Source: Rickettsiaceae bacterium
Lineage (GTDB): Bacteria; Pseudomonadota; Alphaproteobacteria; Rickettsiales; UBA6187
Length of the DNA: 51,181 bases
Reading direction: 5' to 3'
Assembly (NCBI GenBank): GCA_021323415.1
Contig: JAJONM010000002.1
Span: 1-51,181, forward strand
Shown: one piece after another, positions 25,629 through 37,600 of the stretch
How the letters are laid out: every line of letters begins with the position of its first letter
Position numbering within the stretch: the stretch's first letter is position 1
Made by a program: the position numbers and the translations under genes
Notes under the pieces: generated by a model
What the model saw: only the letters and a program-made list of their open reading frames with translations
Database searches by the model: none
Told to the model about the DNA's origin: nothing

Positions 25629-25738
25629 GTTGGGCTTTAGATAAACCAGATAAGGGGATTTTGCAATATTTAAAATTGTAATAGAATTTTTATATCTGGG
25701 TGTTATAAAGACGGTGTTAATATTTTAAATAATTTAGT

Positions 25739-26044
25739 ATGTCTAACGAAAAAAAACATAAATTTGGAATTTCTGCACTTGATCAGGCCGGAATTAATAG
25801 CTACGAAAAGTATGTACTTTATTCACGTAACTCGAAAGCAGAAACAAAAAGTACAGTGGCATCAGATAATTTTGGTGGATGTGAAAGCCGTAATTTTGAT
25901 CCTAGCCCAACTGGGTATTTTAATAAGAAATTATCTAACAAAGTAATTGAGCTATGGCCTTATAATGGTGAGGAGAAAAATTCTGATTATGTTAAAGATA
26001 CAGAAAAAGTAGATGACTCTTCTGTTAGCTCTAAAGGTAGATAA
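25739..26044 (+). CDS. small hypothetical protein ending SSKGR (candidate effector)
   Basis: 101-aa ORF in its own intergenic space; no family recognised. Confidence 0.6.
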   Translation: MSNEKKHKFGISALDQAGINSYEKYVLYSRNSKAETKSTVASDNFGGCESRNFDPSPTGYFNKKLSNKVIELWPYNGEEKNSDYVKDTEKVDDSSVSSKGR

Positions 26045-26107
26045 ATTAATCTCTATTGGACATATTAAGTATATATAGTAACATACCATTTTGTGCGTAC
26101 ATAGGTA

Positions 26108-26788
26108 TTGTTTATGCATTTTGTTTTTCGTGTATTGCTGGTTTTGCTGTTAGGCATATCTTCTGCGTGGGGGCAGGAGAGTAAGCCGCTGACTTCGGAG
26201 TTGACTCGCGATATAAAAATCATAGTGCTGGGTGATGGATTAATGTCTGGTTATGGTGTAAGCAAAGGGCGAGATTTTCCTGCCACTTTAGGCCGTCGCT
26301 TACTAACCAGAAAAAACAGTAATTTTCGCATACACAACAGATCGGTTGATGGTTATACAAGCGCAGATGGTGTAAAACAAATTAATAAGATTATATATGA
26401 AAAGCCGGATTTAGTTATACTAGAGCTAGGTAGTCGTGATGTGTTTAATCGAATACCACTGCAGACAACATATAAAAACCTTGCTGCAATTGTAACTGCA
26501 TTACAGGAAAAGAAAATATTTGTTTTGGTAATGGCTACACAGCCACCATCTGGAATCAGCAAAGAGTATGAAGAAAAATTTACTGGTATGTATAATTACC
26601 TATCAAACCAACACAAAGTGCCATTGCATCCTGATATTATGAAGGATGTATCTGATAAGCCTGCTTTAATGCAAAAAGATGGTTTTCATCCTAATCAGAA
26701 TGGAATAGATGTGATGGCAGATAACGCGGCTTCTATTGCGGAAAAAATGCTAAGGTATGTCAGGAAGCAATTGCAAGGGAGCAAATAA
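26108..26788 (+). CDS. TesA/arylesterase-like SGNH protein with substituted catalytic residues
   Basis: Signal peptide; blocks GDGLMSGYG, DLVILELGSRD, DGFHPN. Confidence 0.85.
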   Translation: MFMHFVFRVLLVLLLGISSAWGQESKPLTSELTRDIKIIVLGDGLMSGYGVSKGRDFPATLGRRLLTRKNSNFRIHNRSVDGYTSADGVKQINKIIYEKPDLVILELGSRDVFNRIPLQTTYKNLAAIVTALQEKKIFVLVMATQPPSGISKEYEEKFTGMYNYLSNQHKVPLHPDIMKDVSDKPALMQKDGFHPNQNGIDVMADNAASIAEKMLRYVRKQLQGSK

Positions 26789-27274
26789 TTAATTATACGC
26801 CTCGTCTTTTTTTACTCCCCATAAATTTTTTTGTTCTATCCAGCCTTTTTCATCATCAACGCGAATTTTGCACCAGCTGTTTTTGCATGATAGTAATTCG
26901 GCAACAACGCCATTTTCCGCGATAACCACTACACTGGAAGTCGGTATTGGTAAGCGAAATATTTCCTGAACACCATTAGTATGGATAAGTACATATCTTT
27001 TACCTGAGAGCAGGCTTTCATGTATCCAGCCTACTTCCCCGTTAATATCCTCAATTTTACGCCAGGTTTCAAATGTCGCAGTGATTTGCACCGGCCAGTT
27101 AGGGCGCATATAAATCCATGAAATAGGATAACGCACACTAGGCCCAGTTCTAAGATTAGCCTTGTCAGCTTTAATTGTGGCATAATATGGTAGTTGCGGA
27201 GAAGTTTTAGCCGTTGCTGAGAGGCAAAAAAGCGTTGCTGTAATTGCAATCAAAATCAGTTTTAAAGGGTTCAT
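26789..27274 (-). CDS. periplasmic tandem bacterial SH3-domain protein
   Basis: Signal peptide; ANLRTGPSVRYPISWIY, WRKIEDINGEVGWIHESLL, GWIEQKNLWGV. Confidence 0.9.
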   Translation of the reverse strand: MNPLKLILIAITATLFCLSATAKTSPQLPYYATIKADKANLRTGPSVRYPISWIYMRPNWPVQITATFETWRKIEDINGEVGWIHESLLSGKRYVLIHTNGVQEIFRLPIPTSSVVVIAENGVVAELLSCKNSWCKIRVDDEKGWIEQKNLWGVKKDEAYN

Positions 27275-27428
27275 ATCATTAATTTTTAAATTTTGTAGGC
27301 ATTTTTATAAAAAATCCTGGATACTGTAACTTAGCTGCAGTATTACGTGTTACAAAATATGTTATAGATGACAATAACTTAGTATGTCTTTATACATAAA
27401 GTTCAATTTTGTAAATAGTGTCGGATGA

Positions 27429-28448
<1,020 letters not shown>

Positions 28449-28451
28449 TAT

Positions 28452-29693
28452 TTATACTGACTTACCATTATTATTTTGTCCGCGATTTGTTGGTTTCCTA
28501 GGGCTTTCATCGTTTTCTTCGTGGCTGGTTTCATGGGCTGAAGAAGATGTCCTTGATGCTGTTACCCTATCAGCGAAACTAGTTGTATCTCCTGTATTGG
28601 AGCGCTTCCTGGTATGTGTAACTTCCCTTTCTTTACCTTTATCATCTTTAGATGAGGAAGTAAGGTGTTCCTTTTCAGGCTCGCTACCATAACCATCTAT
28701 TTTATCTCTTGTTGAGCTGTTCGATAAGCGCTCCTCTGATTCGCTTTCTCCAGAGGAGAGTCTTATTGTTGGTGATGATTGAGAAGAGCTAAAAGATTCA
28801 TGGTTACGATGTAATGATGGACTTTTATCTGTAAATATTTTTTTTATAAGTCCAAAAAATCCAGATTTTGATTTGCTTGATGATATTGAATCAGATCTGC
28901 TAGGACTTATATTTGGTGAAGAGTAAGCGCTTGATACCGAATCGGATTTCTTGCGGTTAATATCAGGTGTTGATGGTGCGCTGTTGCTGCTAGAAGGCGT
29001 AAAATCAGGCAATGGTTTACGCTCTGTTTTGGGTGACGATGTTATTCTACCTGAGTCTGTAAATTTTGCAGAAGATGGAACAATTTCTTTAACAGAATTT
29101 TTAAGTAAATCCATTTCTTCTTTTTGTATTTCCTCTTTTAGGAAATCTTTAAATTTATCAGGTGATACATTATTTCTAATTTGTATTTTTGGTGATTGGT
29201 GCATTGCTAATATTTGATCATTAACGTTAATTGATGGTATATCATCCTCATCCACACTCCAGCTTTCCCATATATCATCTTTATCTAAAGATTCATCGGG
29301 GGAGAAAACATCTTTTTCAGGTGCTCTTTCATCTAGTATATCTATAATCGTTGGGTTTGCCATACCTTGGATTTCAAAAAGATGTGCATTGTCTACCACA
29401 TACTTTATTGATTCTTTCAGTATAGATTCATTGCTTTTTAAAAACGCTTTTACATTTGTTGCTGTTTCATCAAAATGATCCAGCACTGATGGCCGCGGCG
29501 ATGTTGCTTTAGTTTTTTCGTGCATTACAAAGTTGTTTGCAATTATTTCTATATATGAATCCTTATCTAATTCATGTTTGTCTTTTGGATTCAAACTGTG
29601 CATATACTCGATATCAAAGTAGTGAGTTACAATATCTGCAACAACGTCAAAAATTTTATTTAATGATGCGTCATCTAATTTATTTCTTGCCAT
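28452..29693 (-). CDS. hypothetical Ser-rich, disordered protein (candidate effector)
   Basis: ATG 29693 (MARNKL) behind GCAGGA; low-complexity Ser/Pro/Arg C-terminal half. Confidence 0.75.
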   Translation of the reverse strand: MARNKLDDASLNKIFDVVADIVTHYFDIEYMHSLNPKDKHELDKDSYIEIIANNFVMHEKTKATSPRPSVLDHFDETATNVKAFLKSNESILKESIKYVVDNAHLFEIQGMANPTIIDILDERAPEKDVFSPDESLDKDDIWESWSVDEDDIPSINVNDQILAMHQSPKIQIRNNVSPDKFKDFLKEEIQKEEMDLLKNSVKEIVPSSAKFTDSGRITSSPKTERKPLPDFTPSSSNSAPSTPDINRKKSDSVSSAYSSPNISPSRSDSISSSKSKSGFFGLIKKIFTDKSPSLHRNHESFSSSQSSPTIRLSSGESESEERLSNSSTRDKIDGYGSEPEKEHLTSSSKDDKGKEREVTHTRKRSNTGDTTSFADRVTASRTSSSAHETSHEENDESPRKPTNRGQNNNGKSV

Positions 29694-29793
29694 CGTTTTT
29701 CCTGCTATTATCTTAATAACAAATTGACAAATACGTGCTTTATACCTATCGCTTATTAGCAATTTTCTACAAACCTATTGTAACAGTATTGTA

Positions 29794-29808
29794 TTAAGAA
29801 TTTATTAA
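29794..29808. promoter_or_regulatory. possible CtrA box
   Basis: TTAA-GAATTTA-TTAA between divergent genes; AT-rich background makes chance matches plausible. Confidence 0.3.
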
Positions 29809-29824
29809 TAGTGAGGAAAAGCCT

Positions 29825-30430
29825 ATGATGAGATATACAATTCGATACTTATTTGTGCCAGCAGTTGCGTTACTTATAACTATCTCGCTCTATAATTGGA
29901 TTGCCCGCAACTTTTTAGAGCCGCAAAATGGCGTTACTTCTACAGGAGAGGCTTTAATTGGTGGTCCATTTACGCTTACTAACCAGGATGGTAAGGAAAT
30001 TTCTGATAGTGATTTTAGTGATAAGTTGATGCTGGTGTATTTTGGTTTTACACATTGCCCAAGTATTTGCCCTACTGATATGGCGGTATTAAGTGAGGCC
30101 CTAAAAAATTTAGGTGATGATGCTAAAAAAATTCAGCCAGTATTTATTACTATTGATCCTGAAAGAGATACTCCAGAGCAGATAAAAAAATTCCTGGCAA
30201 ATTTTTATCCTGGATTTGAAGGGCTAACTGGAACTAAAGAGCAAATAGCTAGTGTTACTGCGGCTTATAGAGTGTATTCACAAAAGGTTGATGCAGAAAA
30301 ATTAGGTGAATATTTGATGGATCATTCATCGTTTACATATCTAATGGGGCGTGATGGAAAGTATATTACGCATTTTACTAGCCAACAAAGTGCGAGTGAA
30401 ATTGTGGAAGGAATTAAGAAGAATTTGTAA
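29825..30430 (+). CDS. SCO1/SenC copper chaperone
   Basis: YFGFTHCPSICP CxxxC motif, IDPERDT, MDHS. Confidence 0.95.
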   Translation: MMRYTIRYLFVPAVALLITISLYNWIARNFLEPQNGVTSTGEALIGGPFTLTNQDGKEISDSDFSDKLMLVYFGFTHCPSICPTDMAVLSEALKNLGDDAKKIQPVFITIDPERDTPEQIKKFLANFYPGFEGLTGTKEQIASVTAAYRVYSQKVDAEKLGEYLMDHSSFTYLMGRDGKYITHFTSQQSASEIVEGIKKNL

Positions 30431-30433
30431 GAA

Positions 30434-30523
30434 AGTGCAAGTTGTTAGTGCAAGTGTAAGTTAAGTAAGTAAAGTAAAAATATAAAATAATTTTTACTTG
30501 CACTTGCACTAACAACTTGCACT
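30434..30523. terminator. long inverted repeat between convergent genes (28-bp arms)
   Basis: AGTGCAAGTTGTTAGTGCAAGTGTAAGT ... ACTTGCACTTGCACTAACAACTTGCACT, one mismatch. Confidence 0.7.
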
Positions 30524-31307
30524 ATTCCTTCATGCAATGCACGTTTACGATATAGTCTTTGGCTTTGGTTTCCAGCCATTTATCAGGATAATGATAACGT
30601 GTGTTATCACTACGGTAATATATTTTATTGTTGATTAAAAAGTTGCGTAAGCTATCTAAACTAATTGCCATGCTAGATGTCTTTACTGGTTTTGCATCGG
30701 AATTATTTTCAACTGCTTCAGCTAAATAAAAACTCATTTTACCAACTACTACTCCAACAACATTTCCATTATCATCAAGTAGTGGGCCGCCACTATTTCC
30801 TTTTTCAACTGCATCAGTAAATTGCACTCTCTTTATACCGTCGTATAGATCTTCCGGATCAGTAATTACTGCTTTTTTTACCATGTAATCACCACGAATC
30901 CCGCGTTCAAGTGGGTAACCTATCACGGTCACTTCTTCACCTTTATTTACTGGGATTTCATCACCACGTAATTGTGCAATTCGCATTGGATTTATTGATG
31001 TGCGAAGTAGTGCTAAATCATTTTTTTTATCGATTGATTCTAGAGTTGCATAACCAGGTTTTATATTTCCACCTCGAATATTTATACTCTTGCAACCTTG
31101 TACAACATGTTCGTTAGTAACGATGTAATTATTACTTACGTAGAAGCCAGTGCCACTTGTGAAGTGAGTAAATTTTTGTGTTTGCCCCTGTTCTTCAGCG
31201 TTGGTTTTATACTGAATAATGTTCGGTGGTAATTGGCTGTCAGCAAGGGATACCAAGGGTAAGCTGGCGATTGTTAAAAAATAAAATACCTTACTTAGTT
31301 TCATCAT
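30522..31307 (-). CDS. exported trypsin-like (S1C-type) serine protease without PDZ
   Basis: Signal peptide; SGTGF, VTNEHVV, DLALL, GNSGGPL catalytic triad motifs. Confidence 0.92.
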   Translation of the reverse strand: MMKLSKVFYFLTIASLPLVSLADSQLPPNIIQYKTNAEEQGQTQKFTHFTSGTGFYVSNNYIVTNEHVVQGCKSINIRGGNIKPGYATLESIDKKNDLALLRTSINPMRIAQLRGDEIPVNKGEEVTVIGYPLERGIRGDYMVKKAVITDPEDLYDGIKRVQFTDAVEKGNSGGPLLDDNGNVVGVVVGKMSFYLAEAVENNSDAKPVKTSSMAISLDSLRNFLINNKIYYRSDNTRYHYPDKWLETKAKDYIVNVHCMKE

Positions 31308-31358
31308 TTTTTCTATTATTCTTACCTGAACACATAAGAATAATTTTACTGCAACAAA

Positions 31359-31374
31359 GTTAATTATTTATTAA
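31359..31374 (-). promoter_or_regulatory. CtrA box consensus upstream of the protease gene
   Basis: Minus strand TTAA-TAAATAA-TTAAC, a full TTAA-N7-TTAAC match about 50 nt upstream of the start. Confidence 0.45.
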
Positions 31375-31544
31375 TAAAAGTAGTGCATAATGAAGATGAA
31401 AAATAATGAAACTAAAAATTGCAATTTGTGTCGACAAGTGTTGCGTTATTAGTTTATTTATATATAATGATATTCATCTAATAATTTTACTCACATGGTG
31501 TGATGTTATATTAGATTATTTTATAAATGAAAGTGTAATTAAAT

Positions 31545-33251
31545 ATGATGGCATACTTTCACAATAATTGTTTATATACCTTCGTTGAGCTACAACGAAA
31601 AGCCATCGAGCCCCTTCGTCAACTAGTTTCGATAAATAGAGAATTCAGTAATTCATTGTTTTCTAAATCATCAATTGGCAGATCTATTTTAGCATCGTTT
31701 GAATTGTTTGAAAGAATAACACGTAATTATGAAAAACCTGCATTTGGAATTGCACATACAAATGTGAATGGAAAAAAAGTTGCGATAAAAGAAAAAACAA
31801 TTTTATCGAGAACTTTCTGTGATCTGATTCATTTTGAAAAAGCTGAAAATTATAATCTTCCAAAAATGTTAGTAGTTGCACCATTGTCTGGTCACTATGC
31901 AACATTGCTACGTGGAACGGTTGAAGGATTGCTTCCTCACTTTGATGTTTATATCACTGATTGGGTTAATGCTCGTGATGTGCCGATGGATGAAGGTTCA
32001 TTCGGGCTTAACGATTTTGTAAGCTATGTTACTTTGTTTATGCAAACTTTAGGGCCTGACTTAAATGTTACGGCGGTATGCCAGCCATCAGTTCCTGTGT
32101 CGGCAGCAGTTTCTATTATGTCGAAAGAAAATGATCCAATGGTTCCTGCTAATTTAATATTAATGGGTGGACCGATTGATACTCGTCATAACCCGACAGA
32201 AGTAAATGATTATGCAACTGAGAAAACTATTTTCTGGCTAGAGACGAATGTAATAACAAAAGTTCCAATGAACTATGCTGGTGCTGGCAGGTCGGTATAT
32301 CCTGGATTTACACAGCTTTCAGGGTTCATGGCTATGAATATGCAGATGCATATAAAAGCACATTGGGATTTATATACTCAATTAGTTGAAGGTGATGGCG
32401 AGAGTGCTGAAGCGCATAAAAAATTTTATAACGAGTATCTATCGGTAATGGACTTGCCCGCAGAATTTTATCTAGATACAGTAAATACAGTATTTAAGAA
32501 ACATTTGTTGCCTCGTGGTAAAATGATTTGTAATGGAAAGGAAGTGCATCTTTCGGATATAGATAAAACTTCACTTCTATGCATAGAAGGTGAATTGGAT
32601 GATATTTCTGGAATCGGCCAAACTAAAGCGGCTATTACTTTATGTAAAAATATTCCAGAGAAAAGGAAAAAATACCACTTACAGAAAGATGTCGGTCATT
32701 ATGGAATATTTAATGGTAGACGTTATCGTGAGTTTGTAGTGCCAGTAATAGTTAGTTTCGTGGCTAAAAATGCCGAAACTGAAGGGCACAAAAAGAATAA
32801 AAAGGCAACCGCGCATTCTGCGGAAAAAACTGCACCGGCCAGGAAGGCCAGGTCTGTTATGCCTATACGGAATTCTTTTGCTGTGAAAACAGCGGAGAAT
32901 ACAGTGGCGGCCAGTAAGGCTTCTGCTGTTAAAATTAATGAACCAACCAAAATAGGAGTACCTAACATGACTATAGCTAAAAAACCTGCGGCTAAAAAAC
33001 CAGCTGCAAAAAAGAAAGTAGTTGCTAAAAAGAAGCCGGCTGCAAAAGCTACTGCTGTTAAAAAAGTAGCAGTTGCTAAAAAGCCAGCGGCTAAAAAACC
33101 AGCTGCTAAAAAGCCAGCTGCTAAAAAAACTGTAGCTAAAAAGCCAGCTGCTAAGAAAACTGTAGCTAAAAAGCCAGCTGCTAAAAAGCCAGCTGCTAAA
33201 AAAACTACAGCTAAAAAACCAGCTGCTAAAAAAACTACAGCTAAAAAGTAG
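31545..33251 (+). CDS. phaZ: intracellular PHB depolymerase fused to a histone-H1-like AKKP tail
   Basis: APLSGHYATLLRGTV, AVCQP (Cys nucleophile), LMGGPID, EGELDDI, VGHYGIF; then a linker of about 65 aa and AKKPAAKK repeats. Confidence 0.92.
   Translation: MMAYFHNNCLYTFVELQRKAIEPLRQLVSINREFSNSLFSKSSIGRSILASFELFERITRNYEKPAFGIAHTNVNGKKVAIKEKTILSRTFCDLIHFEKAENYNLPKMLVVAPLSGHYATLLRGTVEGLLPHFDVYITDWVNARDVPMDEGSFGLNDFVSYVTLFMQTLGPDLNVTAVCQPSVPVSAAVSIMSKENDPMVPANLILMGGPIDTRHNPTEVNDYATEKTIFWLETNVITKVPMNYAGAGRSVYPGFTQLSGFMAMNMQMHIKAHWDLYTQLVEGDGESAEAHKKFYNEYLSVMDLPAEFYLDTVNTVFKKHLLPRGKMICNGKEVHLSDIDKTSLLCIEGELDDISGIGQTKAAITLCKNIPEKRKKYHLQKDVGHYGIFNGRRYREFVVPVIVSFVAKNAETEGHKKNKKATAHSAEKTAPARKARSVMPIRNSFAVKTAENTVAASKASAVKINEPTKIGVPNMTIAKKPAAKKPAAKKKVVAKKKPAAKATAVKKVAVAKKPAAKKPAAKKPAAKKTVAKKPAAKKTVAKKPAAKKPAAKKTTAKKPAAKKTTAKK
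32967..33251 (+). CDS. nested in-frame histone-H1-like protein (94 aa, MTIAKKPAAKK...)
   Basis: AGGAG-N8-ATG exactly where the Lys/Ala/Pro repeats begin, in frame with phaZ (codon 475). Confidence 0.65.
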   Translation: MTIAKKPAAKKPAAKKKVVAKKKPAAKATAVKKVAVAKKPAAKKPAAKKPAAKKTVAKKPAAKKTVAKKPAAKKPAAKKTTAKKPAAKKTTAKK

Positions 33252-33308
33252 TAGTCGATAACTTGTTTTGACTTGGCATATGGTGTTTTTTAATATAAAA
33301 AGGGCCGT

Positions 33309-34589
33309 ATGAGTGAGTCAAAATTTCTAAAGTTATTCAATCAGCGAGGCTTTTTTCATCAGGTAACTGATGAAGAAGGCCTCTCTGCTTTTCTGGGCGA
33401 TGCTGAAAAAAAAGGCGTGCCAGCTCCTGTATATATAGGTTTTGACTGCACAGCTACTAGCTTACACGTAGGCAGCCTGGTGCAGATTATGATACTTCGC
33501 TGGCTACAAAAATCCGGCCATAAGCCTATTGTTTTACTAGGCGGAGGTACTACAAAAGTAGGTGATCCTTCTGGCAAAGATGAATCCAGAAAAATGCTGT
33601 CAGATGCAGATATACACAGTAATCTCCTTGGTATTAAGGCTGTTATTAGTAAATTTGTTGATTTTGAGGATAAATACGACGCCAAGAGCAATAAAGCATA
33701 TCTGGTAGATAATGACGAATGGCTATCCAAGCTTAATTATATTCAGGTTTTGCGTGAATACGGAAAGCATTTTTCTATCAATAAAATGCTTACTTTCGAG
33801 AGTGTAAAATTGCGTTTGGAACGTGAAAGTCACTTAAGTTTCCTTGAATTTAACTACATGATTCTACAGGCAATAGACTTCGTAAAGCTTTATGAAAACT
33901 ATGGATGCCGCTTACAAATAGGCGGTTCTGACCAATGGGGAAATATCATAAATGGTATTGAGCTTGGCCGGAAAATTAACAATGAAAATGCGGAATTATT
34001 CGGCCTTACTACTCCTCTTATAACCACCGCATCTGGCGCTAAAATGGGTAAAACCGCACAAGGTGCTATATGGCTTTCAGAAGATAGAGTTTCGCCTTAT
34101 GATTACTGGCAATTCTGGCGTAATACCGAAGATAAAGATGTAGGCCGTTTCCTTAGGTTATTTACGGAAATTACGATTGATGAAATCGAAAAATTAGAGA
34201 GGCTGGATGGCGCTGAAATTAATCAGGCTAAAATCGTTTTAGCTAATGCGGCAACTACAATTTGCCATGGGCAAGATGCTGCAAAAGAAGCAGAGGAGAC
34301 GGCGCGTAAAACTTTTGAGCAAGGTGGTTTTGGTGATTCTCTTCCTGTTATAGAGTTGCCTAAGAGTGAATTAGCAGAAGGTGTTCCTGCGTTTAAATTA
34401 CTTACATTATCAGGCTTGGCAGAATCAGGAAAAGCTGCAAAAAGACTAGTTCAAGGCGGTGGTGCAAAAATAAATGATGCTGCTATTGCTGATGAAATGC
34501 GGCTGATTACTCTTTCTGATATAAATGCTGAAGGGGTGATTAAGCTATCAAGCGGCAAGAAAAAACACGCTATCGTAAAAGCTGTTTAA
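33309..34589 (+). CDS. tyrS: tyrosine--tRNA ligase
   Basis: [32 protein letters not shown]-terminal S4-like domain. Confidence 0.97.
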   Translation: MSESKFLKLFNQRGFFHQVTDEEGLSAFLGDAEKKGVPAPVYIGFDCTATSLHVGSLVQIMILRWLQKSGHKPIVLLGGGTTKVGDPSGKDESRKMLSDADIHSNLLGIKAVISKFVDFEDKYDAKSNKAYLVDNDEWLSKLNYIQVLREYGKHFSINKMLTFESVKLRLERESHLSFLEFNYMILQAIDFVKLYENYGCRLQIGGSDQWGNIINGIELGRKINNENAELFGLTTPLITTASGAKMGKTAQGAIWLSEDRVSPYDYWQFWRNTEDKDVGRFLRLFTEITIDEIEKLERLDGAEINQAKIVLANAATTICHGQDAAKEAEETARKTFEQGGFGDSLPVIELPKSELAEGVPAFKLLTLSGLAESGKAAKRLVQGGGAKINDAAIADEMRLITLSDINAEGVIKLSSGKKKHAIVKAV

Positions 34590-34608
34590 TATCCTGGCTG
34601 GATATTAA
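34586..34608. terminator. hairpin at the tyrS 3' end between convergent genes
   Basis: TTAATATCC-TGGCT-GGATATTAA. Confidence 0.45.
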
Positions 34609-34622
34609 GATATGGTAGTAGT

Positions 34623-37600
34623 CTAATCCCCAATATCAAATATATTCCTGAGTACGCCAGGGGTTAGGATGGAAAGTGGGTTCACGCTTGCTTTTACATC
34701 GTCATAGGGACCTTTAATGCGGTAGTTAGTAGCTATTAACCCTTCGTTCTTTTTGCCTACTAACAGATTTCCGATAAGTGGAATTTTGCCAAATGCTTTG
34801 TTAATTTCATAAGCTGGTACTATTGCGCCTTTTAAATCCACTTCACTTTTCGTAAGGTTGATTGTGCCGCTAGAAGTTATTCCAACTGATGATCCGCTAC
34901 TTTTTGCATCAGTAACTGTTATAATTCCGCCTGCTAAAGTGAATGGTGCTTCAAATTTTTTGAAGGTAATTCCCTGATTGTTTAGTATATCTCCAATCCC
35001 TTGTAGGGAAGCTAAAGTAAGTATTTTTCCAAGCAAAGGGGTTTTGATTGCAACAAAATCATGCATTACAATTGTGCCTTGTGCAGTTAATTTATTATTT
35101 GCATTTACAAAAGTAGCATCCACATTTAAAGCTCCACCGCGAATGTTTTTTGATATTCCAAGAGCATTTATTAATGCTCCGGCATTATCAGATTTTACAA
35201 GTAAAGCGAAGTTTTTCTTTAAAGGTTTTAAGCTTAAGGAAACCGAGCTGCTATCCTTAAATTTGCCGTTAGCATTTGCTGATGTGCATAGCTTGTTATT
35301 GCATATTGCCTTGGCAGAAAAATTATCTAATACCTCGCCATTTTTCATATAAAGTTTTTCGGCATCAATTTTTAAGTCCAAACTTTTCTTTTCATTACTT
35401 TTATCATTTTGGAATAGCTGTCCGAAGGACACATTGCTTAAGTCTAAGCTATTACCCTTTAAATCAATTTTATAGCCAGCATGATCCATTGCATAATTTA
35501 CCTTTAGATCATTACGCGAATATTTTACTTTCTCCATAGAGAGTGAGGTAAGTTGAGACTTTTCTATTGTCATATTACCGCTGGCTGAAATATTATCACC
35601 TTCAGCTTTGAATGATTCTATATGGATAATATCATCTTCACCTTGTTTGCCACTAAAGTTTATTTTGGTATTAATCCCGGCTTCCTTGTTAAAACCGATA
35701 TCAGGGATGGAAACTTTAGATTTAGTTATATCGGCGGTCCCTTGAAAGAATGTATCTAAGCCATGCATATCCATGGTCACATCTACAATGAAATTATCTG
35801 AAACAAAAGGGACATTGGCAAAGTCTAAATCAGATAGGTATTTAGCTGATATCTCGCCTGCTATATGATACTTTGCTTCATTTTCTTTGTCGAAGTCTTT
35901 ATAAAAACCAACAGTAATAGGTACGCCATTTAGAGTAGCTTTGCCGTTTACATCAAGAAGGAATTTCTTAAGGGTAAGGGTAAATTCTGCATCGCTAAAG
36001 CTATTTCCGTTTATAAGCTCTGGTACAGTAGTTTTTGAAAATTTCGAAGTTATCTCAAGGTTCATATCTTTATAAGTAAGATGTTCTGTAAGTGGTATTG
36101 ATATAAGTACGCTACCTTCAGCTAAGCCAGTTGCTTTATATATGCTTTCTAGTTCTTTAGTTGGTTTTACACCTTTTAAACCAGCTTTAACGAATGCTAT
36201 ACCATCTTCAGCAGTGCCAGAAAAATCTCCTTTGATATCAAGACTTGTATGGTGATGCCATAGGTTTTCCATTTTAAGTTCGGCATTAGTAACCGCAGTG
36301 TTTAAAATTGTAGCTTTGCTTGCATTGACATACATTGAATTTCCGGTGAACATCACAGTTCCAGACACATCTTTGATTTGTGGATAGCCATCATAATAGC
36401 CTACATTAGTATTTTCTACGCTGATTGTGGCACTGATAGCGTCGTCATTCAGCGGTGATTCAATTGGTTGTGTTGGATCTTGATGATACAGAAGATTCCA
36501 TGCTTTTATTTTTTCTATATCTTCTGGTGTGAAGAAAAATGCTCCTGTAGCACCAGTTACCTTGCCACCGCTTATATTGGTTACAACCCAATTACGAGCT
36601 ACTTCTCCTAAAGATTCAGGCCAATAATTAGCTACTTGATCAACATCAACATTACCAATTGTGACTTCTGCCTTAATTTCAGGTGATATCTCGGGCAATG
36701 TTGCTTTGTTTGATATAGTTCCTGAAAGTGCAATAGTTGATTGGTCAACCATGGTAACAACTTTGTTTAAGGTAAGTATAGAAAAATTTTCGTATAGGCT
36801 ACCTTGCGCAGACATTGATTTTATATTAACTGGCACTTGAAAATATTGCGGTAAATTAACAGTGCCGGATATCTCTTTTAAATCAAACTGTAGTTGTGAA
36901 ATATCTCCACTTGGTGTGAGAAGAAGGCTAATATCGCCGTTGGTGCTAACATGTATTTCTCGCAAGTAATCTACTGTTGGAAATAAGTCGGAGGCTAGAT
37001 ATGATGGCAGTTTAGTGAATTTTACTTTGGTATCTATATTACCGTCATTGGTGTAGGCAGTTTCAGCGCCGAAATATGTTGTAGCTGTGCCAAAATCTAT
37101 GTTGAATTCAGAAATTATTTTATTTTGATTATTAATGTTTTCAACTTTGGAATAACCATTTTTTATATGCCAGACAAATTCGCTCATACCGTTGTTGATA
37201 TAAAGACTGGCATCTTTTAAATGTATGCTATTTATCGGGAAATTATAGGCTTTTGATTTAAGTTCGGTAGCTAAGCGGTCAGCAATTGCCTTTTGTATTG
37301 CTGGGTATTTAGGGGAGGTCACATATATACTCTTTTGTGATGTATCTATGTAAAAGTTTGGTTTTACCAGCGTCAAGTCAGAAGAGAAGAACTGCCCTCG
37401 CATGAAACGTAAAATACTAAAATCAAATGTAATTTCTGGAAATGAAGCTATAACATCATTTGTATCATTTAAGATGCTAATTTCATTTACTGTTATTGTA
37501 AATGATCGCTGGAAGCTATCCCATTTTATGTGGCTATCCTTAATAGATATTTGCGTTCCTGGGCTTATGTTACTTAATTCTTTTTGTATATAAGGAGTAA

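Noticed and set aside
32975-33248. GCTAAAAAGCCA-type repeats as a non-coding tandem array
   Set aside because: Variation is mostly at third codon positions of AKKP repeats, so they are protein-coding
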